A DNA stretch of 64,000 nucleotides, from positions 56,854,001 through 56,918,000 of the forward strand of contig NC_043008.1 in NCBI RefSeq assembly GCF_006345805.1, read 5' to 3'. The position numbers and the translations under genes are program-made. The notes below the pieces were generated by a model. That model was not told the origin of the DNA. It did no database searches and saw only the letters and a list, made by a program, of their open reading frames with translations. This document shows, piece after piece, positions 26,610 to 40,058 of this stretch (positions are counted from its first letter, which is position 1; each line of letters opens with the position of its first letter). This stretch comes from Octopus sinensis. Its lineage: Eukaryota.

Positions 26610-26772
26610 TTAGGGGTAGAACTCCCCATGCAATTCATCAAATCCTAATATACATCACACCATATAATAGAATTTTATTTTAATACTTATTAATCAGTTC
26701 TAAATTAAATTAAAATTCTATAGTGTGGTGTGATTAGGATTTGATGATTTGCATGGGGACTTCTACTTCAAA
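26610..26772. mobile_element. MITE-like imperfect inverted repeat (~70-bp arms)
   Basis: gtagaactccccatgcaattcatcaaatcctaat versus attaggatttgatgatttgcatggggacttctac. Confidence 0.65.
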
Positions 26773-27199
26773 ATAACAGATATTTCGTTATCGAGAATAA
26801 TTCATTTTATTTGAATCCTTGTGACGCCAGAACTTTTATTACCTAATAAATAAAATAATCTCTATATATATTGTTATATTTCGGAATGGTCATTTTGCCA
26901 GTTTAGCCAATAATAACAATATCTGTTTCAACACACGACTTCACATAAAAAAATCTTGCACAACAAATATCTATATATATATATATATATATATATCAAT
27001 TAACAGAATGAGGTAAAAATCCAAAGCTGTGAAAGATTTAAATTTTATATATATATATGCATGCTGATTTATGACCTATGTTGGTCTCCTTATTCGCATA
27101 ATCACCGAACCTGGCGCTTAACTATAGTCTATCCATAGCACTTACTCAGCATTACTTGATACCTTTGGGTCTTCTCAACACCATTACCTCTCATAACCT

Positions 27200-27479
27200 G
27201 CGGAATTGGTAGATGGAAACTGAAATAATCCCGTCGTATATGTCTATATATACATGGGTGTGTGTATTTATGTGTGTCTCAGTTTTTCCCCCACAGCCGT
27301 CGCTTGATAACTGATTCAGGTGTGTTTATGTCCCCGTAACTTAACGGTTCAGCAAAAGTGACCGATAGAATAAGCAGTAGGCTTACAAATATTAAGTTCT
27401 AGATCAATTTCTTCGAGTAAAACACTTTAAGGCGGTGCTGCAGCAGGGTTGCAGTCAAATGACTGAAACAAGTAAGAGA

Positions 27480-27480
<1 letters not shown>
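27200..27480 (+). mobile_element. SINE family B, 5'-truncated
   Basis: ggtagatggaaactgaa...cccgtcgtata...gtcaaatgactgaaacaagtaagag followed by (GT)n. Confidence 0.8.
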
Positions 27481-27519
<39 letters not shown>

Positions 27520-28418
27520 GTTTGTATGTTTGTGCGTGCTGTGTAAGTGTGCCTGCGTGTGTGTGTGTGTGTGAGTGACAAGATTCTACATCGTTTTGCG
27601 TTTTCGAAATTCCCTCAACAAGGATTTGAGAGACCCAGAGCTGTATTACAAGACATTTTCCCAAGTTGCTAAGGGATTATCTGAATCACAGAGCCATCTC
27701 TGGCGTTTTGTGGGGAATTTTCATAATATATTATTTCAATATCCGTTCTTCTATAGGTACAACGTCTGAAATTTTGTGGTAGGAACTAATGGATTATATC
27801 ACGATCCCAGTGATCAAGTGGTAATTATGTTTTCGAGACCAAAATGATAAAACTTAAAGTCGACCTTTGTACAATGTGAACTCAGTAGCCAGAAGAAATT
27901 CCGCTAAGCCTCTTGGCCAGGATGCTAGTGATTCTGCCAGCCGCCTAAATAGCCTATTTGATGATGCATGTTATGTCTATTGAATTACGTTCAGCTTTGT
28001 GGTTGAAGCAATCGGGTTCCAAGCAAATACCTGAAATTATAGTGGTTCCTAAAGGTAGCAAAATTGCAGATTCATCACAGTATTCTTTACAATGCACGTA
28101 GTATGTGTTTCTATTTTGCACTGCGAGTTCAAATCGCACTTAGATCAATTTTTCCTTCCATTCTTTTAGGATCCAGGAAATTCAGCCTTAACCGTGAACT
28201 GATGGGTGCGTTAGCAGATAGGGTAAATACTTTGCAGTATTTGTTCGGATTCTTCATATTATTCCTGCAATGTCTGCGAGGAGAGAGGTCTCACTTTATG
28301 TCAGTCCAAGTTGGTCGGATTTTTACTTATCTTTTATGTGCAACATGGAGACGGGATCATTCCATAGACAACATTCTGTTTATGTTCCATATACAACAGA
28401 CTGTGGCCCTATGGCCCT

Positions 28419-28460
<42 letters not shown>

Positions 28461-28470
28461 TATATATATA

Positions 28471-28516
<46 letters not shown>

Positions 28517-29519
28517 TGTGCTGTGGTGTGGACTTGTCATGGGGTCTGAAAGTTCGAACGTTTCGGATAGTGTTCTTCTTCAGGAAATATTTGAAAGGAG
28601 AGAAATGATAAGTATTAGAGTTTTACATAATGTAAGTTTTTAAAAAAAAATATTTCAAGACCTGCCGACCCCGACGAAGAGAACGATACTTTCCCATCTT
28701 ATCGGAGGCAATTTATTTTGAATATCCCCTAGGCACAAACAGCAATCATTGACGTCATGAAATCACTTGACTGATAATTAGGTATAACGAATTAGAAGTG
28801 ATTACGAAATGAAGACCTGGCAGTATAATGCAATAAACGAACTTTGAAAGCTGGGATTACTTCATCCCGATCGCCGTGCGAGATTAAGTGATGAAATCTA
28901 CTCTTCTCATCAATTAGTCAATAAGATCGCTTGCCAAGTGTTAATATATAATCATCTCTTACGTGCGTTGACAATAGAATCGTTTCTAATATTCTTATAG
29001 CGAAAACAGGGGATGGAACCTGAGGAGCCAACTTTTTGTTATTATTGTCAGTTATCTCACAGTACGATAACTGTTATCAGGTGTTCACATGTGAGTTTAT
29101 TTGCCTTTTCATTGTGTTGCGTTTTATTGCTTTCTATTCTCATACAGTTCGTCATATATAGAGAATATATATTCTCAAAGTTTAGTAATGAATTTCTCTT
29201 AAAAGACAGTCATGAAATTCGAGACTTTATGAGTGTAAGATATAGATACGGGTTATTCAAGACCTTGTTCTGTTTTCTTTACTGAAGTCGTCGAAATATA
29301 TGGTTAAACGTGTTAAATAGTGTGTTTTTTTTTTATTTTTGAAGCAGATCGATACCCTTCATCAAATTTCAGTACCGATGAAACTAACACAAACTCTGCC
29401 ATCAGAAAGTAATATCATACTTAATGGCAGAAATATTAAACCGCTAGGAACAAAGTTTAACGGCATTTCCCTCGTCTTTGCGGATCGTTAAAATAAGTGG
29501 CAATTGGATACTAGGGTCA

Positions 29520-29593
29520 ATTTAATCGGCTTATCCCTTCCTCCCAAATTGCTGGTCTTGTGCCAAGATATGAAACCATTATTATTATTATTA

Positions 29594-29666
<73 letters not shown>

Positions 29667-29857
29667 GGCAGCAAGCTATCAGAATCTTTAGAATGTCGGG
29701 TGAAATGCTAGATGTCATTTCGTCCGTATTTATGTTCTGAGTTGAAATTCCGCAGTGGTCGATAAAATAATTAACAGTCAAGTACTTGGGTTGCTACAAA
29801 AGACTAGCCCCAGCCCGCAAAAACAACATTCCAGGCTTTGTCCCTGTAGTACATAGG

Positions 29858-29916
<59 letters not shown>

Positions 29917-29917
29917 C

Positions 29918-29956
<39 letters not shown>

Positions 29957-30095
29957 CTTATTATTATTATATTCCGCCGAGGTTGACTTTGCATTCATCC
30001 TTTCGGGGTCGATAAATTAAGTACCAGTTGCGTACAAGGGTCAATCTAATCGATTGGCCTCCTCTTCCAAAATTTCGGGCCTTGTGCCTAGATCA
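29520..30095 (+). mobile_element. Cluster of SINE A copies with the alternative tail and (ATT)n/(AAT)n tracts
   Basis: Tails of type ...aaatttcgggccttgtgcctaga and ...ggattattatt; microsatellites at 29579-29665 and ~29857-29970. Confidence 0.7.
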
Positions 30096-30484
30096 GGCAA
30101 AAATATAATGTGAAAACCACGTATTTGGATCGATGGTACGAATTTATCCAGTCCACACGAAAAATACTGTCTTCTGCCAAAATCAGAATAATGTATTCAT
30201 TTGTGTCGCCCAACGTTCGAAGTTCAAATCCCAGCGAAGTCAACGTTTCAGTCTTTCGAGTTGATAAAATAAAGTGCCCGCCTTATCCGAGTTCTATGTG
30301 TTTGACTAAATGAAAATTGTTGGCGTTATTTCTAAATCAGGAACATTTCGTTATGTTGCGCAACGTTCTAAGTTCAAATTATGCCGTCGTCAACTATACC
30401 TTTTTGTGATTATAGGACTAATGAAAAAAAAAGGCATCGAAGGGGTGATGCAAACCATGCACGCACACAGGGATATAATATACT

Positions 30485-30716
30485 CTCTCTTTACTCTTTA
30501 CTCTTTTACTTGTTTTAGTCATTTGACGGTGGCCATGCTGGAGTATCGCCTTTAGTCGAACAAATCGACCCCAGAGCTTATTCTTTGTAAGCCTAGTATT
30601 TATTCTATCGGTCTTTTTTGCCGAACCGCTAGGTTACAGGGACGTAAACACACCAGCATCGGTTGTCAAGCGATGTTGGGGGGACAAACACAGACACACA
30701 AACACATACACAGATG

Positions 30717-30749
<33 letters not shown>

Positions 30750-31066
30750 TAGAAAAATTGAGGTAATCAGATCAGATGGTTCATATTTGTAGATATTTAT
30801 TTATATATTACATTTTTTACATATATATCGTATCATATCATTCGGATTTCGGATTAGCGCTTGCTCCCATTCTAGTGGGCTTTTCAAATTGAAAAGCCCA
30901 CTAGAATGGGAGCAAGCGCTAATCCGAAATCCGAATGATATGATACGATATATATGTAAAAAATGTAATATATAAATAAATATCTACAAATATGAACCAT
31001 CTGATCTGATTACCTCAATTTTTCTAATATATAATACCTGTATATCATCTCCAAACCTTCCGATAC

Positions 31067-31104
<38 letters not shown>

Positions 31105-31305
31105 ATATATATATATATTATATATATATATATATATACATACATATATACGATGGGCTCCTTTTAGTTTCCGTCTACCAAATCCACTCACGAGGCTTTA
31201 ATCGACCCGAGGCTATAGTAGAAGGTACCATGCTGTGGGACTGAACCCGGAACTATGTGGTTCGTAATCAAGCTACTTGCCACACAGCCACTCCTACACC
31301 TATAA
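30485..31305 (-). mobile_element. SINE family B split by a palindrome in its central microsatellite
   Basis: 3' half at ~30485-30720 and 5' half at ~31150-31305, both on the minus strand. Confidence 0.85.
30743..31033. repeat. Perfect 291-bp palindrome (145-bp arms, 1-nt centre at 30888)
   Basis: ...tagtgggcttttcaa-a-ttgaaaagcccacta...; the arms appear fully complementary out to the flanking TA runs. Confidence 0.95.
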
Positions 31306-31419
31306 TTTAACTTAATAAATATATGCTCAGACGAATTCATATTTCAACAAAATGACATCAAGGATCATTTCCCCCTGCTTATCGCTTATGCATATGTAAC
31401 AAAGACAAAAAGACGTTTT

Positions 31420-31592
31420 GATTAACACGTCCGCCAAAATTTAATGACTTCTGGCCACTCACCCAATAAATATTTCTGCCAAATTTGGTGAAAATCCGTT
31501 AAGCTATTTTCCAGTAATTTTGCAATTACACAGACAAAGAGACAAAGACTAGCGGCTACAATACCCTACATTCGCTTACGCGCGCAGGTTAA
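31420..31592 (+). mobile_element. Possible HINE/DINE-1-like or CR1-tail-like repeat fragment
   Basis: ctgccaaatttggtgaaaatccg...acagacaaagagacaaagac motif, recalled from such families; not verified. Confidence 0.3.
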
Positions 31593-32084
31593 TGGTGAGT
31601 AGGCAGCTATATACTGGGATCGACGTTATCGAAAGTAGACTCTTCTCTCGAAAATAAGGCTTTCTATCTAGACTAGCAAGAATTATTTTGCTACGGTTCT
31701 TTAAAATATTGTGTTCAAAATTGTCTCATTATCAAACGGAAATATTCTATGAAACTTGGACTAAATTGAGAATACCATTTATAAAAAATATTCAGATACC
31801 TTCAGAACCCTATACCTACATGCAGCTTATAAAGAAAGATTAAATGTACTGGCGAACCAATTCCGAGTATCTGTTAATGCAAAGCAATCGATATATAACA
31901 CTTTTTTTTCTCTACTGCAAGAGAGAGGATACTTGAAATTTAGGGGAAGGAAAAAAATCGATCACATCGGCGCCACTGCTGGACTAGTACTTATTATCTC
32001 GTCGGCGGAATTTCAAACTCATAACGCAAAGCCGGAAGAAATGACGCTAAACACTTACTTTATCCGATAAGCTGACGATTCTTA

Positions 32085-32860
32085 TTTCTTTACTGCCCAA
32101 AAGGGGCTACACACAGAGGATGACAAAACAAACGGATTAAGTCGATTATATCGACCCCAGTGCGTAACTGGTACTTATTTAATCGACCCCGAAAGGATGA
32201 AAGCAAAGTCGACCTCGGCGGAATTTGACTCAGAACGTAGCAGCAGACGAATTACCTATTTCTTATTACCCACAGGGGATAAACACAGAGGGGACAAACA
32301 AGGACAGACATAGGTATTAAGTCGATTAAATCGACCCCAGTGCGTTAATGGTACTTATTAATCACCCGAAAGGATGAAAGGCAAAGTTGACCTCTGCGGA
32401 ATTTGAAATCAGAGCGTAGCGGCAGACCAAATACCTATTTCTTTATTACCCACAAGGAGCTAAACATAGAGGGGACAAACAAGGACAGATATAGGTATTA
32501 AGTCGATTACATCGACCCCAGTGCGTAACTGGTACTTATTTAATCGACCCCGAAAGGATGAAAGGCAAAGTCGACCTCGGCGGAATTTGAACTCAGAACG
32601 TAGCGGCAGACGAAATACCTATTTCTTTACTACCCACAAACACAGGGGCTAAACACAGAGGGGACAAACAAGGACAGGCAAACGGATTAAGTCGATTACA
32701 TCAGCCCCAGTGCGTAACTGGTACTTAATTTATCGACCCCGAAAGGATGAAAGGCAAAGTCGACCTCGGCGGAATTTGAACTCAGAGCGTAGCGGCAGAC
32801 GGAATACCGCTAAGCATTTCGCCCGGCGTGCTAACATTTCTGCCAGCTCGCCACCTTTTG
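32085..32860 (-). mobile_element. SINE A head-to-tail tetramer
   Basis: One head (~32800-32860) and three truncated ~180-bp units, with junctions gac.aa.tacc|tatttctt at ~32237, ~32416 and ~32600. Confidence 0.92.
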
Positions 32861-34149
32861 GTGCAGTATCATGTATATATTAACATCTGAGTTACGTCCA
32901 TTCATCCATATCCTCCGTTCCCTGTTCCTGGCATGGTCATTGTACAAGAGTTCTGTGACAACTCTTCTAGGGTAACTCAGCAGAAACAACCATCATTACA
33001 TTTTCTGGCTGGATGCCTAGCATGACATATTGAGTCTATTGACATTATACCCAGCCATTTTGCCTGTTTTCTAACATTAGACCTCTTGACAGCTGACTCA
33101 GCATTATACGTAGCATTGATTACATACTTTTAAGAAACGTATTAACACCACAACGTCCAATTTCACGCTCTTCCAAATAATAGAGCATTCTTCTTATTTT
33201 CATTAGACAAAGCGACACATATTTTGTTAAAACTTCAATGCGTTACTTTATTTTATATTGTTTCTTACTTTTCTGACTTATTTTTCTTGATTGAAATAAA
33301 AACAGTAAACAAAAGATTAACTGTCAGAATTCCTGAAGTTATTTAAGTCGACTGTGACCACCATTCGTCTTTATCTTTATATATTGCCATTTAGTCTCGT
33401 CAAAGGAAATCATTTTGGTTCTTCTTTGACTGGATCTTTAATTCAAGACACACATCCTGAACGCTAGAAATGATCAGAATATTTTTTATCCCGTTTTATG
33501 TCCCTGCTCCATAAAGTGTCCGCTCGATAGTATTTTATTATATTGTATTTTATGTTTATATTTATATTGCTTATTTATTCACAAAGTTTCATTTTCTCGC
33601 TTTCTCACGAGCATCAGTCATACATAAAAGATACATCATTACAGACAGTTTTTCTTGAAAAGTTTACGCCCGCATATCTTGCATTAAGTTGCCAGTTATA
33701 CAATCATAAAACTAAATCTGCTATAAACCAAGCTATAAAATACATAAATGTCTCAGACAGTTTCAAAATGAAGAATATTACTCTTGCATGGTACTGGATT
33801 TATTCTCAATGGGACGCGAAAATATATTAAGAATCTACCGGTGTTCACTGCTGTGAATATCTCTGCCATTTTATAGTTAATAAGCAAGCTAATCATTTTA
33901 GTTCTACGTTGTCATTGTTTTCATATATAAATGACTATACAGTAAATTGTGACGCCATTAAATTGTCAAGAAGTGATAATAAACATTATAAGGGTGGCGG
34001 TCTGATATAATCGTTACAGCGACGGATAAAACACTGTGCTGTATTTGTTTGAGCAACTGAAGTTCTGCATTCAAATCACGCCAATATCTACTCTGTCTTT
34101 TATTTTTCTGGGTCGATGAGAAATGAAAGGTAATGGCGAAATTATCGAC

Positions 34150-34362
34150 ATCCTTTCGGGGTCGATAAATTAAGTACCAGTTACGCACTGGAGTCGATAT
34201 AATCGTCTTAATCCGTTAGTCTGTCCTTGTTTGTCCCCTCTGTGTTCAGCCCCTTGTGGGTAGTAAAGAAATAGGTATTTCATCTGTCTTTACGTTCTGA
34301 ATTCAAATTTCGCCGAGGTCGACTTTACTTTTCATCCTTTCTGAGTCGATATATTAAATACC
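34150..34362 (+). mobile_element. SINE A partial dimer
   Basis: Standard junction aaagaaata|ggtatttc at ~34273. Confidence 0.8.
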
Positions 34363-34674
34363 AGAGTTGTTGTTTCTTCCTTCTCGAGCCATGCCTGGCT
34401 CATAAGGGCCGGTTTCCCGGTTTACTTGGCGTATAGGATTCCCTATCTGGACGGGACACCAGTCCGTCGCAGGTGAGCTGCAAGATGCAGGAGGAAAGAG
34501 TGAGAGAAGGTTGTGGCGAAAGATTCAGTAGAAGTTTGTCATTACCTTCTGCTGGAGCCGTGTGGAGCTTAGGTGTTTCGCTCATAAACCCACACATCGC
34601 CCGGTCTGAGATTCAAACCCGCGATCCCTCGACCGTGAGTCCGCTGCTCTAACCACTAAGCCATGTGCCTCCAC
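34362..34674 (-). mobile_element. SINE family C with tail type 1 (V-SINE-like segment)
   Basis: tRNA-like head; minus-strand cctgcgacggactggtgtcccgtccag resembles the V-domain motif as recalled; ends in aacaac. Confidence 0.8.
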
Positions 34675-34678
34675 GATG

Positions 34679-34871
34679 AGATAGAGAACTAGTCGAATAC
34701 TAAAGAAATGGGGTAGATATTATCAAGTTGCACTTACCATAGAATGAGACGACCGGGCGCGGCCCTTCAGGACGCAGGCAATTTGGCACGCGCCTGATCG
34801 TTTCATTCTATAACAGGAACGAGCTGATTATATCTACCCCACTACTTTAGTACTCGACTAGTACTCTATCT
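34679..34871. mobile_element. MITE-like element, ~70-bp imperfect TIRs
   Basis: agatagagaactagtcgaatactaaagaaatggggtagata versus tatctaccccactactttagtactcgactagtactctatct. Confidence 0.7.
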
Positions 34872-35849
34872 TATATTTCTTCGCATGTTATATCAACAGT
34901 ATCACTAGAAATTGCTTAACGACATCATTGCAAGTTTGTGTTGATGATGTGTATATTGGAAACATTACTGCGCGTGTCTACAAATATTACGACGATCTTT
35001 CCAATATAATTCTTTAGCACATGACCAGCAATTTTTAAGGTCAAATGTCTTTGTCGATAACATCGATCGCAGTGTTCAGCAGTTATTCATTTCACCCATC
35101 CCACAAAGACGGACGCCAATGGTGACCCTGTCGCAATCTAAACTCAAAACGTAATGAGCCAGAAGGAATGCTGCTAAGCATTTTCTCCAACATGGTTACG
35201 TTTCTGTCAGATCGCTGCTTTATTTTTCGTTTCTGGATTTAGTCAAGACTTTTGAAAAGGTTGCAAGACGCAATGAAAATTTTAGGAAAATAAAAATATG
35301 AAATAAGTGGAAATTTCACCGGTGAGTGTGTTACATTATAAGGCACAAAAAAAAAACGACTCTCCCCAGACACAACCGAAGACGTTGCTTTATTGTCCTA
35401 TCAATATAATAATGACATGAAGGCGACGAGCTGGCTCAATCATTATCAGACAGGACGAATGCTTAGCGTCATGACTTCAAACTCCTTACGTTTTCCATCG
35501 AAATTATTTCGAGACTGGTTTTTGCCTTTCATCCTTTGCACCACTCGAGCACTGTTGTCGATGTTAACAACTTGTTCCTTCCCCTCGGTCTCCTTGGCCC
35601 TTTACCAAAGTTAGAAATATTATAAAAATGCTTTCTAATATAGACATGAGGATTCAGTTGCTCGATAATTTGAATTTTCAGTACATCACATTGTCGTAGC
35701 TTTGAGTATTGCATGGTCATGTGAAATCTTAATTAGTTCTCAGACAGAAACAACACGATATTGCGGTTATATAGTTGAACTACGAGAACAAGCTACCCGA
35801 GGGTATTCTAAACATCTACGTCTTCTCCTTTTCAATCAAAATTTGAGAA

Positions 35850-36460
35850 AGGCGGCGAGCTGGCAGAAACGTTAGCACGCCGGGCGAAATGCTTACCGGT
35901 ATTTCGTCTGCGTTACGTTGTGAGTTCAAATTCCGCCGAGGTCGACTTTGCCTTTCATCCTTTCGGGGTCGATAAATTAAGTACCAGTTACACACTGGGG
36001 TCGATGTAATCGACTTAATACCTATGCCTGTCCTTGTTTGTCCCCTCTGTGTTTAGCCCCTTGTGGGTAATAAAGAAATAGGTATTTCGTCTGCCGCTAC
36101 GTTCTGAGTTCAAATTCCGCCGAGGTCGACTTTGCCTTCCATTCTTTCTGAGTCGATAAATTAAATACCAGTTGCGTACGGAGGTCGATGTAATTGACTG
36201 GTCCCAAAATTTCGGGCCTTGTGCCTAGAGTATGTCTAAATATTAAAGGCGGCTTGCTGGCAGAAACGTTAGCACGCTGGGCGGAGTGTTTAGCAGTATT
36301 TCGTCTGTCTTTACGTTCTGAGTTCAATTTCCGCCGAGGTCGACTTTGCCTCTCATCCTTTCGGTGTCGATAAATTAAGTACTAGTTGCATACTGGGGTC
36401 GATCTAATTGACTGAACCCCTCCCCGAAAATTTAGGACCTTCTGCCTAGAGTAGAAAAGA
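35850..36460 (+). mobile_element. SINE A array (head, truncated unit with alternative tail, then another copy)
   Basis: Standard junction at ~36080; new head aaggcggcttgctggcag at ~36246. Confidence 0.88.
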
Positions 36461-38158
36461 TTATTTAGTGCTGCAGTATAGAAAAGATTTCTCTAAAGTA
36501 GCAGAGCGCAAGAAATTAAATATCGGTGATTTTGGCAAAGATAAATTCAATATAAACATGAATATATATATATATAGAGAGAGAGACAAAGAGACAGAGA
36601 GAGAGAGAGAGAGGGGAGAGAGAGAGAAGGAGACAAAGAGAGACAGAGATGTATTTGTATGCATACATAACTATATATATGTATACATGTATGCATTTCT
36701 ATAATTGTCTGCGCATATATTTGTAAATGTAAGTATATATATATATATATATATAAGTATGCACACACGCACACACTCACGCACACGCACACATATACAC
36801 ACACGCATGTATGTTTATGCATAGACCTAATATTTGTCACAGAAATGGAAAGTAGGTGGGAAAAAAAACACCTTCAACCGATCACGAAAATCATCCATGT
36901 GTAAGTAACAAGCTGATTCTGGAAAGAGGTAACTGTCCATTCTCCTCAAACTACCAATGCCAAACAGATTTAATGTATAATTAGAAACAGTTCTCGTGAA
37001 CAGAATTTGTCCCTTGCTGAATATTTTTCATCTACGCACGGAACCCATACCTCATATGTCTCACTTTTGAAAATAAACGGTGTTTGTGGCTAATGGAACA
37101 GAAAATGTTATTGCACACGATTATGCCTGATTAGAGCGCTGACTTATACTTCAATGTATATTTCCTTTGGGGCATACATGCTCGGTACGACAATTATGCT
37201 GACATATACACAAGATATCATCGGCAAAAATGTTTCTAGTCTCTCTCTGATATCTATTTTGATATGCTGAAATCAATGTTACCCACAAGTAAAAACTTTT
37301 GTAAATTATGTACATAGAAACGACATCGATGCTGAAATAAACAGGTTATAAAAATGTGATCTCAGGGGATATCAGTTGGCACAATTATGAGGAGGCAGTG
37401 AACCAACCCGTAATTACAATTGATGTGTTCGCACTATTACGCAGAATCATAAAAAAAGTGGTTACCGGTATTAAGCTCTCGAAATACCAAAAATGTACAG
37501 AAAATATGTAGGGCCTAAAATCAGTGGAAATTTATGTGCCAAGAAAATATGCAGTGGTAAAGGAGACAACACGGGTAAGGAAGGAATGCAGATTGCATGT
37601 TGTACATAACTTGGCAACGCTTTGAAATATCAGAAGAATATAAATAGATCAGAAAACCCGAATTAATAAGTACGAGTTACTGGGAAACGTTACCATTAAG
37701 ACCAATCAAGCACTGAAGATTTAGTGAAGTATTTAATGGTTCTTTAATAATGACATCTGCACATAATAACTGTTATAATACTGGTATGTTCTTATATCGT
37801 TGGGATGCATTTTTAACAAATATATGATCAGCTGAATATAGCACAAATTGGGCTGAAGCCATAGCAACTGAGAGAAAGAAAACGTGATGCAGAATGGATA
37901 ATGCTGTTGGGAGATATCGTTGGCTCTTACTTAAACGAAACATTTTTCTCTGTTCTATACAACACGCGTCAGTATGACATGATTCAATAGCAAAACGAAA
38001 GATTTGTTCGTATATTCTCAATAACTATTACAGCTGCCAAAAATAAATGATTAAATAAGTGCATCGGCTGAAAAAGGATGGCAAAGAATGAAATGGTTTC
38101 ACCACACCACCAAAAGCGTTATGAATAAAGAAACTCTCATCTCTATTGTAGATGGCCT

Positions 38159-38177
38159 ATTATTATTATTATTATTA

Positions 38178-38219
<42 letters not shown>

Positions 38220-38559
38220 CATTATTACTATTATTATTATTATTATTATTACTATTACTATTATTATTATTATTATTATTGTCATTATTATTATTATTAT
38301 TATCATTACTATTATTTAAGGCGGCGATCTGGCAGAATCGTCAGTACGCTGGGCGAAATGCTTTACGATATTTCGCCTGCCACTACGCTCTCAGTTCAAA
38401 TTCTGCCGACGTCGCCTTTGCCCTTCATCTTTTCGGGGTCGATAAATTAAGTACCACTGAAAGACTGGGGTCGATGTAATTGACTAGTCCCCTTGCCCAT
38501 ATATCGAGATTTGTGTTTACGGTAGGAAGGATTATTATCATTATTATTATTATTATTAT

Positions 38560-38597
<38 letters not shown>

Positions 38598-38600
38598 ATG
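38159..38600 (+). mobile_element. SINE A (alternative tail) at 38319-38530, between (ATT)n tracts
   Basis: aaggcggcgatctggcagaatcg...gagttc-like B box...ggaaggattattatc. Confidence 0.75.
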
Positions 38601-39619
38601 CTGTTGTTATTCGACAGTCAACTGCACAAACAGATTCTTTCAAAAAATGAGAAAAATCTATTTAAACAATGGAAAAATGAATAAAACCGGTTTGGGAAAT
38701 ATATTTTAATCGATCTCCTCCGCTATCTTTTCAACCTTCTTCTACAACTAGTATTAGCATTTCATTTTTCCTAACACACACACACACCCCACACACAAGT
38801 GGGGTATACTACACCACCCAGCACTTCTAAACATTGTGAGGGACAACTCCTTATGTCATAAGTTCATAAGATTACTTTATAGCATTCGGACGGAGGCCAA
38901 ATGTTTTGTATGTTCTTTGGTGGGAAAATTTAAGTCCAGTTACAACTACCATATTTCTACGTTTAGGCTCCCATGGCAAGTGAAAAAAAAACCCTCTCAG
39001 CATTTATGTGGAGACTATAAACATCAACTACGATATAAAATAGCAGATCCTTTCTAAGACAATTCTTTATAATAACGAGTCAAAACAAAGTCCCATATGT
39101 TTGCTGGAAAACATTTTATCTTATACAGAGCCTAAGAACCTCTTGGCACTGTGTAAATATCAATTTTAGATAATATCCACATTCTAAACTATACATCTTA
39201 GACGGAATTAATTATAAACCATGGGATAGACCATAACCTACTCCAGTCTGGATCATAAAATTTTCGAAATTTGTAAAACTTCAAAGTAAATTATCGTCCT
39301 TGATGTACTCTTTTTCAAAATACGCGTGCGCAGGAAAATATCGCTTGCACGCTATTAAACTGTCTTGTTGACTATAACAGTATGAAAATGGAAGCATAAA
39401 TTTAATATATTGACCAGCAAAAAAGCTAGCAGCTAAATTTCACTAGGTTGTGGGCTATTTCTTATACGTAATAATATACTTACGTCACTACTTAATCGAG
39501 TGCTATATTACTTGTTAAATTTCATACCACATGCTGAAGCACGAGCGCAGAAGCATACATATATAGTCATAGAAATTTATATATAGAATATATACAGACA
39601 CGCATATGCACACATAATC

Positions 39620-39883
39620 ATGTACGAACGATCGCATGTGATTAAATGTAAAGTAATTGAGGAATTCTTACCTTATATGAATGGATCGAATAAATGTAGA
39701 CTTTGTTTGGCTGAAAGAGGGCAGATCCTGTTTAGATCTAAGATCCCTAACTCTCTATTGAACTCCAGGTCAGAAATATTCAGTGGTTGCATGCATATTT
39801 ATAAATATACTTTGAAGAATTGGAAAATTCCGCGTATTCCTGACTGGCTTGATATCTTTCCAGCCTTATCATTTAAAGTCTAA
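39620..39883 (+). pseudogene. Older Penelope-like element C-terminal (GIY-YIG domain) fragment
   Basis: PYMNGSNKCRLCLAER...LLNSRSEIFSGCMH aligns by eye with PYTNGSGRCGLCDMES...CLNTRTELFGSCPH of the 54-57 kb element. Confidence 0.8.
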
Positions 39884-39955
39884 GGAGGATAGTTCTTTTA
39901 CCTTCTTACTTCTTACTTTTTACGTATTAGTTTCTGTTACATACATATCTGTATG

Positions 39956-40058
<103 letters not shown>

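Noticed and set aside
32085-32860. Regularly repeated units superficially like a CRISPR array
   Set aside because: Units are ~180-bp SINE bodies with no unique spacers; eukaryotic context with no cas genes.
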